NCBI RefSeq assembly: GCF_018977255.1
Contig: NW_024704743.1
Span: 103,976,001 to 104,040,000, forward strand
DNA length: 64,000 nt
DNA from: Callorhinchus milii
Taxonomy: Eukaryota
Direction of reading: 5' to 3'
In this document: piece by piece, positions 40,386 to 52,652 of the stretch
Numbering within the stretch: position 1 is the first letter of the stretch
How the letters are laid out: each line of letters opens with the position of its first letter
Made by a program: the position numbers and the translations under genes
Notes under the pieces: model-generated
The model's input: the letters and a program-made list of their open reading frames with translations, nothing else
Told to the model about the DNA's origin: nothing
Database searches by the model: none

Positions 40386-41913
40386 TCAAGCTACCGGCCC
40401 ATCTCCAACCTCCCCTTCCTATCCAAGGTCCTGGAACGAGTTGTCACCTCCCAGCTGCGCTCTTTCCTCTCCAACCATTCACTATTTGAACCCTTTCAAT
40501 CGGGTTTCCGTGCTGCCCATAGCACAGAAACTGCCCTGGTCAAGGTCACCAATGACATCCTGACCATCTGTGACCAGGGCTCCCTCTGCCTCCTCGTCCT
40601 CCTCGACCTATCGGCAGCATTCAATACGGTCGACCACGCTATCCTCCTCCACCGCTTGTCCTCCCACCTAAACCTTCAAGGCCCTGTCCTTGAGTGGCTT
40701 AGGTCGTACCTCTCCCACCGTCTTCACTTTGACTCCACAAATTGTTTTTCCTCCGGCCCCCGCACTGTCTCGTGTGGTGTCCCTCAAGGCTCTGTCCTCG
40801 GTCCCCTCCTCTTCACTCTCTATATGCTCCCCCTTGGTGACAACATCCGCAGACATGGGGTTAACTTCCACATGTATGCGGATGACACCCAACTCTACCT
40901 TTCCTGCTGTACCCTCAACTCCATGACCACCGATGTCCTGACAGCCTGCCTGTCCGTCATCGAGTCCTGGACGAGAGATAACTTTCTCCAGCTCAACGTG
41001 CGCAAAACTGAGGCCCTCCTGATTGGCTCACGTCAGCGCCTCCGCACCTCAGGCGCTGACAGCATCAGCATCCAAGGCTGCACTCTCCACCTCTCAAAGC
41101 CAGTCAGGAACCTCGGTGCTCTGTTCGACCCTGAGCTGTCCTTTCTCCCTCATATCCGCGCCACAACTGGCACCGCCTTCCATCACCTCCGGAATATCGC
41201 CAGACTATGGCACTACCTCACCCCTCACGCTGCTGAAACTCTGGTCCACGCCTTTATCACCTCAAGGCTGGACTATGGGAACTCTCTCCTCGCCGGCCTT
41301 CCCGGCACCTCCCTCCACAAGCTGCAGGTCATTCAGAACTCTGCAGCTCGTGTACTGTCCCGCACCAGGCTTCGGGACCACATCACTCCCACCCTCGCTC
41401 GCCTCCACTGGCTCCCCATCCCCCAGAGGATCGAATTCAAGATCCTCATCCTCACCTACAAGGCCATTCACGGCCTCGCTCCCTCCTACCTCTCCGACCT
41501 ACTATCCCCCTACTTACCTGCCCGTACCCTCCGTTCCTCTGGCTCCGGTCTGCTCCACATCCCCCGCCCCAACCGCCCTACCATCGGTGGTCGGGCCTTC
41601 AGCCTCTCAGCATCTAGGCTCTGGAACTCCATCCCCCAGTGCCTTCGCCGCCTCCTCCCTTTCCTCCTTCAAGGCCGGTCTCAAGACCTTTCTCTTTGAC
41701 CGTGCCTTCAGCTCCCCTCTCGACTCTCTACCCCCTCCTCGCTCCCTCCCTTCCCTCCCCTCACCCTGACCATTTTCCCCCTCCTCGCTCCCTCCCCTCC
41801 CCTCACCCTGACCATTTCCCCCTGCTCGGGTCCTGACCCAACTGTACAGCGCCTTGGGACGTCCTCCCGACGTGAAAGGCGCTCTATAAATGGAATCTTG
41901 TTGTTGTTGTTGT
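40386..41913 (+). mobile_element. Young 5'-truncated L2-clade LINE (ORF2 RT domain plus 3' UTR)
   Basis: Open RT frame ([61 protein letters not shown]) with a small C-terminal frameshift near 41655. C-rich 3' UTR, ACGTC-CTCCC-GACGT stem-loop and (TTG)n tail. Confidence 0.95.
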
Positions 41914-44607
41914 TCTGCATTTATCACCACTTGGCTAAGCAAAAAAAAACTACGGGGAAAATAATAAACGAAAATAACTAGTGCTTAAAATAGACTTGTT
42001 CAGAAGTGAATTTTTATTACGGCGAGAGCCACCTTGCAGTTACTTGAAGAGGTATCTTTTTGGGGGAATGGCTATTTTGAACTTCCATTACTGTTATTGG
42101 GAACTTCCATTCCCAGCGCCTTGGGTGTCTTCCCAACGTGAAAGGCACTCTATATATGTCATTTTGTTGTTATGGTTAGGCAAGCTTGCCTCAGAGGATT
42201 TACCATACTGTTGTCCAGAACTTACAGCTTCTAAACTGAAAACAAACTGGCAGTCCTAGCTTATAAAATAATGGATAAATACTCATTGAATATTTCAATG
42301 CATTTTGTGGTCTTTACACTGAAAAGTATTATCACTGATTTTAGGTAGACTTCTGGGCTTACTTCATGGTAGGAGTAGGTCTCTTTGTACTATCAGCTAA
42401 AATATCAAGCAGAATTGCAGAAATCCAATACCATGCACCCAAGCTGGGCAACAAATGTTCAAGCTAAAATCCTGATGCCTACCAACGCAGGCTGGTTCTG
42501 AACACAAAGAAGTTCTATCTAGACTTTATAATAATACTTGCATTTGGTATAGTGCCTTATCACATCAGAAGGAAGACTCAAAGCACTTCACCAAATTTAC
42601 TGTGAAATGGAGCGACTGTGTATTTGCAGGCTAACGTGGCAGTCAATGTCCCACAAATAGCTATGAGATGAATGACCAATTTTATTTGGGGGATTGTTGG
42701 TTCTTTAATCTTCAAAAATATTCACACCTTCTTCCAAAGGTATGCTGATAATAGTGGCATTGATGTCTGCTGGTTGGAAACCCTCAAGCTGTAAAGTAGT
42801 GGCTTAACCCACCTTTCTACTCTTGGTCTTTGGAGGAACAGAACATACAGAGCAGGGACAAGTTCATCAAAAAGCTTCAATGCATGAAGCTTGCAAGACT
42901 GTAAGCAAAATAAACAAAGTCTACTCAGTTACTTAACTGAATTAGAATAAGGATATGCCATTTGTGTGAAGAATATCGGAAAAGATGGTAATAATCCTTG
43001 CATTTGATACAGCACCTTATGACTGACAGATGTAATTGTGTAATGTAATTTTGCTGTTTTATAGATGCTTCAAAGCGCATCAAAGGTTCACTGTAAAGTT
43101 TAGTGACTGTTTACTTGCATTGGAATGCTGCAGCCAATTTGGAAATAGTAAAGTCCCAAAAAACAGCAGCCATGTGCAGCTATCAAGCTTCCCAAAACAG
43201 CCATGAAATTGATCTGCAATTGATCTAGAAGACTGTTGACCCAAACATCAAGAGTCATGGATACCCTTTTTTCAAGACATGAGATGGGAGCTTTAACATC
43301 CACCTGAACAGACAGATGGGACCTCGGTTTTGAGGTCTCATTCGATGGACAGCACTTCCAAAAAATGTAACGCATCCCTTGAACTGCACTGAACAACCAG
43401 CCGAGATGAGGAGCTACAGCATTCTATCCAGGAAGCGAGTATGCTATGAGACAAGACAAATTGACAACATACTGCCATACATTTAATCCAGCAGCATCTG
43501 TCAAAGGATTAATCTTAATAATACAATGCAGTCTACTTACCAAAAACCTATCCAACATACAAATATAACAGATTCACCCTTAATGAGGTTTAAATGCAGT
43601 CAGTTTTATTTTTGTAAAATGGTGCTGGATTTTAAGTATACTCCACTGCACATTTTTCTTTTCTGAACCAAGTTTTTTTTCCCAAGGAAAACGTATTCTG
43701 CATGAATTAGATTTACTGATCTTGGAGGAATCATTCAGACATAAATAACATATTTTACACATTTCAACAAGCCCTGGTGAATTTTTCATGCATCTCAAAT
43801 AAATGAACAAATAGAAAGCGAATACATAAACTCCTACACACAAGGAAAGATGTAGAACAGAAAATTTGATACAAGCGGAAAATTCATGAGGGAACGTAAA
43901 AAAGAAGAAAATGACGCAGAGTTTCCAATGAATAAAGTATATTTTAACAGCTTTTTCTACTGTAATCCGATTGTCACCATACTGAAACAATTTTTGTGCT
44001 GCCCAAAGATTAATCGTGTTCATTAGTATTTTTACTGACAGATATTCACGATGTAACATTTACTTCTCGGTTGGAAACTTTGTAACAGTCTGCCAGCTAA
44101 TAGCAAACAGTGAGCTCGGGGAAGGCAATAAAGATGTTTTACCTACAGCTATGATACTCCACAGAACATCTGGTTTAGTGAGCAGAGGAAACGCCACTAA
44201 ATGGGCAGAAAGAAGAAAATCTTTGTGCTAGGGAACAGTCTAAGTTTTGTGAGCGCCTGTCAAGAGGGGAAATCTGGCAGAATGTGTCATAACTGTAAGG
44301 TCACGTACTGAGCCAGACTTAAGCAATCAGTTTTTGTTAGACATCTGGTCCCGTTCCATCCACCATCAACAAGGGGGGGAAAGAGGAATGAAAAAAAATG
44401 AAGCAGCAACTTCAACATTCCAGAATGTACACATCAGGGCTCTGATAGCAAGAAAAATAAACAGAGAGAAGGAAACCCTGTCTAGACTGAGCTGCTGCTG
44501 GGGCTCAGGCAGACACTGGGCTGGTATTTACTGAGAAGAGCTGCCAGGCAGCACTGCCAGGTAAATAGTGCAGGAAAAGAAGTGAATAAAAAAAAACCGT
44601 CACTGAC

Positions 44608-44775
44608 CATATATGAGAACCACGGACTCTTCAATTGCATGTTGGTAGCTAAACTGGGAGTCCAGCAGGGCTCGGCTGACAAATGAACCATAATAAGTTG
44701 ACTGGTACCAGCCAACGTGGAGATGGTCGATGTTGACGTGGCGGAGGCTTCTCATCATTTCCATTTGGTATTGAA
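44608..44775 (-). CDS. EIF3H: EIF3H exon 3 (MPN domain), 168 nt
   Basis: Minus strand reads ttttccag|TT CAA TAC...TAT G|gtcagt and encodes (V)[55 protein letters not shown](D). This is nearly identical to vertebrate eIF3h as I recall it, with matching exon size. Confidence 0.97.
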
Positions 44776-45466
44776 CTGGAAAACATAAGAGAAGGATGAT
44801 TTTCTATTTTTAAAAAAAAATGCAATTTACAATTTAACCTTAATTGTTGACTCCTTTCAAATTGTACATACACTTTACCTTTTGTTCAACAGCAACAACT
44901 TTTCTGTTGACCAGTTTGAGTTTTTTAATGTATAAAAATCCATTAAGAAATCTGAGTTATAAACTCTTGCCTTGGAATTTTTTTAAGTAAAATAACATTT
45001 TGAATACTATGATTCCTTACTGTTGGTTTTCAGCCATAAACTCCACTCTTCTTCTAGAACACCGGCTTCAACGTGGAGAAATCGGGGATTACTGTACTTT
45101 AGATCCAGGTTAAAGTCTCCCAATTTAATTTTATTCCCAAGACCACTTTATGGGGCACTATGAGTTGCCAATTTACTTAGGAGGAAGTATCTGTGATATG
45201 TTCAGTTAACATGGTGCCAAAAAAGATCCCACTGACTAGGTCTGCTTCTTAGGGACATCCTCCGATGTGGAAGGCGCTATATAAATGTACTTTTGTTGTT
45301 GTTAGTACAATATCTAGATTTAGAAAGTTTGAGCTTGTTCTCCATTTTATTGTGTTCTCTGTTCAACCACAACACTATTTCCCTTCAACAAGGAACAAAT
45401 ATTAAAACTTACCTAGAGTACAATCTCATTTTTCTCAGTTTCTGAAGGCAGTGACCTATACTGGGG

Positions 45467-45518
<52 letters not shown>

Positions 45519-45535
45519 CACACACATACATACAC
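45467..45535. repeat. (TA)n / (CA)n microsatellite
   Basis: An interrupted TATATA run followed by CACACA. Confidence 0.95.
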
Positions 45536-48451
45536 ATTTGGGATACAGTTACACAGGTGACAATTTGAGTTGATGTGTATCTTGTCCAAGTGGCTATTCT
45601 TTGTTTCATTTCTTGACTCTGCTTAATCATGAAATGCTTCACCTTCCATCCAAATTGTGATTTTATCCTATCTTCTCAGGCAGTGCTTTACATAAGGCCT
45701 AAAAGGTTCAATCACTGTATACAAAATGACCCAGCCACACCCTGGAAATTAAAATTACCTAAGGTTCCCGACTCAAAGGTGACCATCAGGCCTGAATGCT
45801 ATTTAAATCTTAAAATAACCCTGCTGTTTTTTCCTGGGACTTTAAATGAGTTTGGTGGCTCAGAAGCATCCCAAACAACCCAAGGATTAATGGTTATAAA
45901 AAAGAGTGCATTATTCCAGAGATCTGAAAATGGCCACGAACAAGAATACACCCAACAGATCTGCCCTAAAATTACAGAATGTTGCTGCCCCAGTTAAATC
46001 TGAATGTGCTCATTAACTTAACATTTCATTGGTTGTGTGCGTTTTGATTTTAATACACACAAGACTAAAATTACAAACAATGTCCCAATCAAAATGGCTG
46101 TAACCTTAATCAAAATGGCTGACCGTTCAATCACCCCAAATATCATGCTAATATCAGTTCTATTTGATGCCAGTCACCACCATATGTATAGCAATGAAGA
46201 CCAACTATATATGAGATTGACAAACAGCACCATCAGACATTTGACAAACAACGTGCAAATTCTTTGGCTTGAGGACATTTGCAATAGTCACCATTTTTAA
46301 TTTTCTCTTTTACATGGCGGTTTGTAGGACTTTGTTGTGCACAAATTTACTGCCACATTAGCATTCACTACACTTTAGAGTAAATTCCAAAGTTCTTTGA
46401 GATGTGCTCCCAATGTGAAATGCAAGGATATTTTTTTCATAACAACAACAACTTGGATTTATATAGCACCCTCCAAGCCAGACAGCGTCTCAGAGCAGTC
46501 ATGTTTATTATAAGTAAAACGGTTGTTTTGCCTGCATTCAAGATTACAGGTAAAACCATAATAATCATCAGAATAATCCCTGCATTAGTTTGATATAGCA
46601 TCTTATTACATCATCCAAACATCACAAGGAGCTTCAAAGTATTTTGCTGTAGAGCGTAGCGACTGTGTATTTTTTTAGACAAACATGGCAGCTAATTCGA
46701 GCACAACAATGTCCAACAGCCAGGAAGTGAATGACCAGTGTTATGGGAAGTTGTCAGCAAGGTCACCGTGATAACTCCCTTCTCTTTTCAAATAGTGAAA
46801 CGGGATGTTTAATATCCACTGGAAGAGTGGAAGGCAGATACCCTTTAGCACATGTGAAACCATTCTACAGCGACAACATTAATATAGTGCACTTCATGTG
46901 GGGCAGTGTCTTGGAGCGCTGATGGATATGACATTTATAATGATGATTCTAACAGTTATAAAGGAATGTAAGGGTTATTTGAGAACCTCTACAGCATTGT
47001 TAAGAAAAAACACCACTTTCACTTTTTTTAAAACTTCAAAGGAAAACAGACTAAGAGCCTATCCTTTACTCTTGTGACAGCACCAATTCAATAAGTAAAT
47101 AGTGCGACAATACAGCAGTAAATCTTTACCTCATTTTTTCCCCCCTTACTAAAGGAAATTCTGAAATATCCTGCAATATACTTTTACCTCTTAAAATTTT
47201 ATATATAAACAAAAGAGAGAGCTTTTGTGCCAATAGTAGATATAAACCATCCAAAAGACCAGCATCTGGATATTTCAATGGTTTTGTCGGGTTAGATCCA
47301 GCTTTTATTCTTGTGATCCCTCAAGCACTATTAAATCCCTGAAGTGATGTATAATCAATGACCGGCGGCATTACAAAGTGGGTGGTCTTTAACCCTTTGC
47401 TGAATGAGTAGCATTTCTGCAGGTTTCTTTTTAAGATAACAGTCTGTGTATATCTGTAATCGTGCTTCATTGCATTAAGACAGGAAAAGTACTTTAGGTT
47501 CAAGAGAACCATCACTTCAACATTCTGAACCTAGCTCCCTGTCATCTCACTGTATCCCTCTCTTCCCTTTCCCAGACACACATTAATTGTGTCTTAAATC
47601 CATTTACATCATGCTGTTCCAGTTACCCCTCCTCGTAACTCATTCAGTAAGCACTTAGTGCAAAAATATTCCATTTACCATCGTCATTTTTAACTTACGC
47701 CTCCTGTTCTTCTACACTTTCACCACCAGACTAAGTTGCCCCGATTAGCCTCATCAATCCCTTTCATAAAATTCAACATTTCCATGAGGTCACCTTGTAG
47801 CCTCTTTTCTAAAGGTACCAAAAACACATTCAAACATTGCTGTCTACAAATATGTCTTATTTGACTTTTCTACAGTAACTCCACAACTGCTTCTGGTTTG
47901 AATTCATTGCTTTTGCAGCCCAGAACTTTATTTGCCTTTTTACTGACCCAAAGCACTGGACTGACATTTTTATTAAATTATCCATAATAACCACTTCCTG
48001 ATCAGCATGCTGCTAAACATATTCTCCCCTCTTTTAGTTCCTTGTTCCCACAGTAATTATATGATATTCATGCACAATAAATTGGACCTTCCAACCATCA
48101 GCCCAACTACTGAAAATAAAATCCAAATGGTACTGAATTCCATTGCATTCTCTCCCATTAGTTTCTCAGCCTCCCTTTTCAGTACCAGCTGTAATCTTCA
48201 GAGTTCAAGTAAATTATAAATATGGATTATTTCAAAAGTTGCCTGAGGTAGACCACTCAACCTTTTAGGCTGAAAAGTTCATTTAAATATTTGAAGTCAT
48301 TTTTGCTAAATGCACAACAGGAAAACTGAGATGAGGAAAGGCTTTAATGCTCAACAAGAGTTAATTTCTAAACAGGAACACACAGTGTGGAACACTTTAA
48401 TTGCCACTAACCATACAATACTGGCCCTTGTGCACAGGTGCTGCGTTACTT

Positions 48452-48820
48452 GGGAATCCTGCAGCTCAGTGTTTTGAGCACACGCCTCGCAAGCGAGCGA
48501 TCTGGGTTCAATTCCCAGCAAGGCGAAACGTTGGGCAATTTTCCTTACTCCACATGCCTCTGTTTACTTAGCAGTTTGTAGGAACCTGGTTGTTAGTCGA
48601 TAGGCGGATTGCTTTTCCGGGTATAATAATTCCTTCTAAAATAATAATAATAAATTGGTCACTCAAATCCTTGACTGTTGGTGGGACACTGCTGTGCACA
48701 ATTGGCTACTACGTTTTGCCACAAAATATACAGTCAATTCACTTTACAGTATGTTCTATGAAGCGCTTTGAGACATCTCGAAGACGTGATAAGGCGCAAT
48801 ATCAAATGCAGGGATTATTT
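48452..48820 (+). mobile_element. tRNA-SINE, long subfamily
   Basis: tRNA-like head, the extra internal segment, and a tail hairpin ACATC-TCGAA-GACGT. Confidence 0.88.
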
Positions 48821-51639
48821 ATTTTTAAAGAAAAACTGAAACGCTGAAAATCAGCAAGTCAATCAAAGTCTAAAAGAAAACAAAGAGGTTTAACATTTCA
48901 GATGCTAATTGACCTGCTGTAGATTTTCAGCATTTCTATTTGCATTTCATATTTCCAGCATTCTCTGTTCTTCATTTTACTTCCGCATTTAACATTACGG
49001 TTTTAAACTCTTGAACCATGCTTATTCGATAATCTGTTCAAATTGTACGGCCAGGGTGCTTTCAAACACACTAGTTTTGTTTTTAAACACTTGCTAAGTT
49101 TTGACTCTCTTTTTAAAGCTATCTTTATAAACTGATTTAACCTGTGCCTGATTCATTTTCCTTAATTTATTTATCAGCACGTGCCAAACCTGGATTCTAT
49201 CCTCCCTCCCTTTCTCTCTCCCCAGTGTAATCCGTAAAGCATGGCAGCACATCTAAAATATCCATGCAAACCTACGAGCTGCAGTTGGAAAGTTAAGCAA
49301 AGTTGTGGAACATAGCAACAGTCGTGAGGAGTGGGAAAAGCAGTCAGGAATATTGCAACAAAGATTAATGAGAAAAGCTAAAATTGGGCTGGAGCAGCCT
49401 TTAGCTCTATGGGTCAAATTCCATGTTCCAGTATTCTCCCTGAAGTGGAACATAGTGTAGGTTGTAACTCCATATCCAAAACTATAAGCGAGAACACTGT
49501 AGTTGGCATTGAGCAGCAAATAGTGGTGTGCGAGAGGACTGGGGGCTCATTTCTGCAATTCCTGTGGCAAGTCTCTAATCACAGCTAAGTCCAAAGGAGC
49601 TGCCAGCCGCTTCCCACAGGTGAGGAGGGAAGACAATGCATAAGTCATTCTGGCTAATCTTGTTCACTTTCCAGCAATTGGATAAAGAGCAGCTATATAA
49701 CGTACAGGGTTTTAAAAAAAGGTGGTTTAGTTTTCTTGGGTGTATTTTTGGACACAAACAGAGGAGGTAGAGGAAATACTGCTATTCCAATTCCTGCACA
49801 TTAGGCTCAAATGAAACAGTAACAGAATTAAAAACAGTTCCAAAAAAATAAAACCTCCACTCTAACATTTAACACCGGCAAAGAAAACAATGTTAATTAA
49901 AATGATCAAACGCTTTACAACCGTGTACAAATATTACTTACTATAAGAAATTACACTAAACCAGTGAAGTGGTTCAACTTAGGAGGCAATAGGGAGAAGG
50001 GTTTACCTGGGAATGAAAATCCTCCTTAACTGAAGGGAAGAAAACTTCAACTTACATTTTAGCAACATTAACTCAAAACATTTAGATTTTAAAAAAGGTT
50101 TGCAAATAAAGTACTGTATCATTAAGACAGATATACAATACACCATTCTAGACATGCTAACTTGTTTCTCTTTCTCCCAGATAATGGGAATTGAGATGGG
50201 TAATTATAATTTATTTGTAATAAATTTCACTTGATCACATTTTTCCTACAAGTGATTTTAATCTACGTTTTTGGTGATGCTGCTGTGACACTCGGCAGTT
50301 CTATAAATCCCTTCACGCCCTAGCACCTTCTTATCTCTCTGATCTTCTTCAATCCCACTGCTGTCTTCTTCACTAACTCAGATTTCCTGCAAACCCCACC
50401 ACAATCAAGTGGCCCAAGCCTTGAGTTACTCTACATAATCTCTGAAACTGCCTCCGTCAATCCCTCAGCTGCGCACCTCTCTCTTTAAAACCTGACTTAA
50501 AACCCAACTCTTTGACCTCCTTATGATCACTGCTCCCTTCCCTTGCTTGGTGCCTGACCTGGCTATTGCAGTGTTCCCAAGACATTATCTGACGTGAAGC
50601 TGTTGTGAAAGAAGAAGTGTTCTGCCTGCAATTGTGAAGTCATTTTGCACTTGCACAAGCAGGCTCTGAACACTAACAGTAGAATCACTGGGGAAAGGTT
50701 AAAAACAGACTTGCAAACATACAGAAGGAAAAAACACAGAAACAGAAAGTGCCTTTCAAAGTTATAATTGCTTTTCCAAACCGACTGTCAGAAGAAAACC
50801 CTAGCACATTAACAAGTCTCCTTTCTCTACGTGTATTAACCATTTCAGTTGTGAAAAGTAGTTTTGCCTACTTAACATGCATTTTATAATCCACATTTAG
50901 TTTTCTACAGGGATTTCTGTGATTTATTCAGTGGAATTAGTAGCATGGTGATCGTGTTGTGGTGTACGAATTGAATGAATCATGGTATAACACGATTTGA
51001 ATATATCACTATTATTTCTCACCCTGTGAGAACCGAGATAAGCAAATTTGAGGAATGAAGTGCACCCATGCCTTTAACCAGGTACAGGTTTCGAGAAAAA
51101 ATAAGTCAACCTCTTGAGTAACTCATGTAATTAAAGTCCATCTCTGTTATAACATGATGTTTCCGGTCCATAAAATTAGGCACCTGTATTGGGTTCACAC
51201 AAAATGGTTACTGGTATCACAAGATTATGAGGTTGCTGCGGACATTAATTCCAGCTACTTGCACACGCACAGGAAACCAGCCTGAAATGTACTGGTAACC
51301 ATGGGTCAAGACACCTGCATTATAAACAGACTTGCGGTCTTGTTTAAGAGCCTGATTTCTACCCATTTTCCTACCAACCTGGCACTCAGGAGGTAATTGT
51401 TTACAAACTGCCAAAATAAGGCAGAAACCACAATAGAAAATGTAATATTTAAGAATTTACTCTCTGGACATTAAAAAAGATACAATACTAATATTGTACA
51501 GCATATTGTAAATCCTGAAATGCAAGGTTTCTACATCTGTCGGCAACCTTAACATGTTTACTTTACACCACTTCAATCTTTGCCACTATTTTATCCTTAA
51601 AGTAATCAACACAAGTTTGCTGCAAAAAATAAATGCAGC

Positions 51640-52652
51640 TGTTAGAAAATAAAATCAGCCATAATCTGTTTGCAACCAGATATCAGACTGTTTTATTATT
51701 ATTCGTTCGTTATTTCCCAATATCCCGATGGGTCAGACCAAAGGCCGGTACAATCAACTGATCTTATAACAGAATAATACCACCGTAGATATCTCGAGTT
51801 CAACACTGTATCTTTACAGCACACAAGCTTGATTCTTCATGCTTTCAGTCTTCTTGCTTACAGCTTTCAATCTTCCATCTGATATCCTCAGTCTTAGTGT
51901 TTCTAGCTCTCAGTCTTCCATCTCCGTACCCTTGTCTCCGCAGCCCGGGATGGCCCCATCTCCCGTACCCTTGTCTCCGCGACCCGGGACGGCTCCATCT
52001 CCCGTATCCTTGTCTCCGCGACCCGGGACGGCCCCGTACACAAAGTTATTGGAACTCTTATACCAATGTTCATCCAATCATGGTGCGGACATTAGATCAC
52101 CTGGTCGAAATCATGCTGGGTGTACGTGAGCACCTCATGGGGTGTACGTGCCTCACACACATACACATTGTCCTTAAGTCCCCTGTTATCTGATCTAATT
52201 GTCTAAGATAGAGGATTGACCAGTTTAGGGCTGTATCTGGTGCTCATTATTTTGTGGTGTGGGATCATTAGTACATTCCTTTTAAGTGACTGGTTATTTC
52301 TTATCAGTATCCCGGGATGGTACCAGGGTCCTCTAGTTTAAGCAACTTGCTCATTAGTTGCTATTCTTGAGGGTTGCCTTCTGTCGGTTGGCAGGCCCTG
52401 TCAGAATCTAGCGACTTATTGACCGGTACCTTGGACCGTTACCTCTGTGGGCTTGTTGTCATTTACTGATAAGAGGTGACCCCCTGCCCTTTTCCAAAGC
52501 TGTCCTGTTATTCTTTCAAAAACAGAGAAAACCAGATGTGTCCTATCCCATCACTGTCAGTCCAGTTGTCCCCCACACGTAACTTAAAAGTTAATCCCAT
52601 TCACAACATCTATTATGATTCTAGCAGTATACAAAAAGTGTATATTCTAACA
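51640..52652 (-). mobile_element. Solo LTR of the same family (variant subfamily)
   Basis: TGTTAGAA...TTCTAACA termini, colinear with the LTRs at 58705 and 60763. CAGC duplicated at 51636-51639 and 52653-52656. Confidence 0.93.

Noticed and set aside
40170..41699. 509-aa ORF as a host gene
   Set aside because: It is L2 reverse transcriptase. The first ~70 codons are unrelated flanking sequence that happens to be in frame, and the element is 5'-truncated.
46087..46121. Tandem AATCAAAATGGCTG (YY1-like) pair
   Set aside because: Only two short copies, consistent with an ordinary local duplication.
50975..51200. Possible old Tigger-like remnant (GGTATAACACGA / GTTATAACATGA motifs)
   Set aside because: I could not define matching termini or a TSD.
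51839..52193. Pro-rich repeat ORFs (also 58930-59212 and 60988-61257) or a CRISPR-like array
   Set aside because: They arise from the 39-bp tandem unit in the LTRs. There are no unique spacers or cas genes, and the ORFs are antisense to the element with inconsistent frames between copies.
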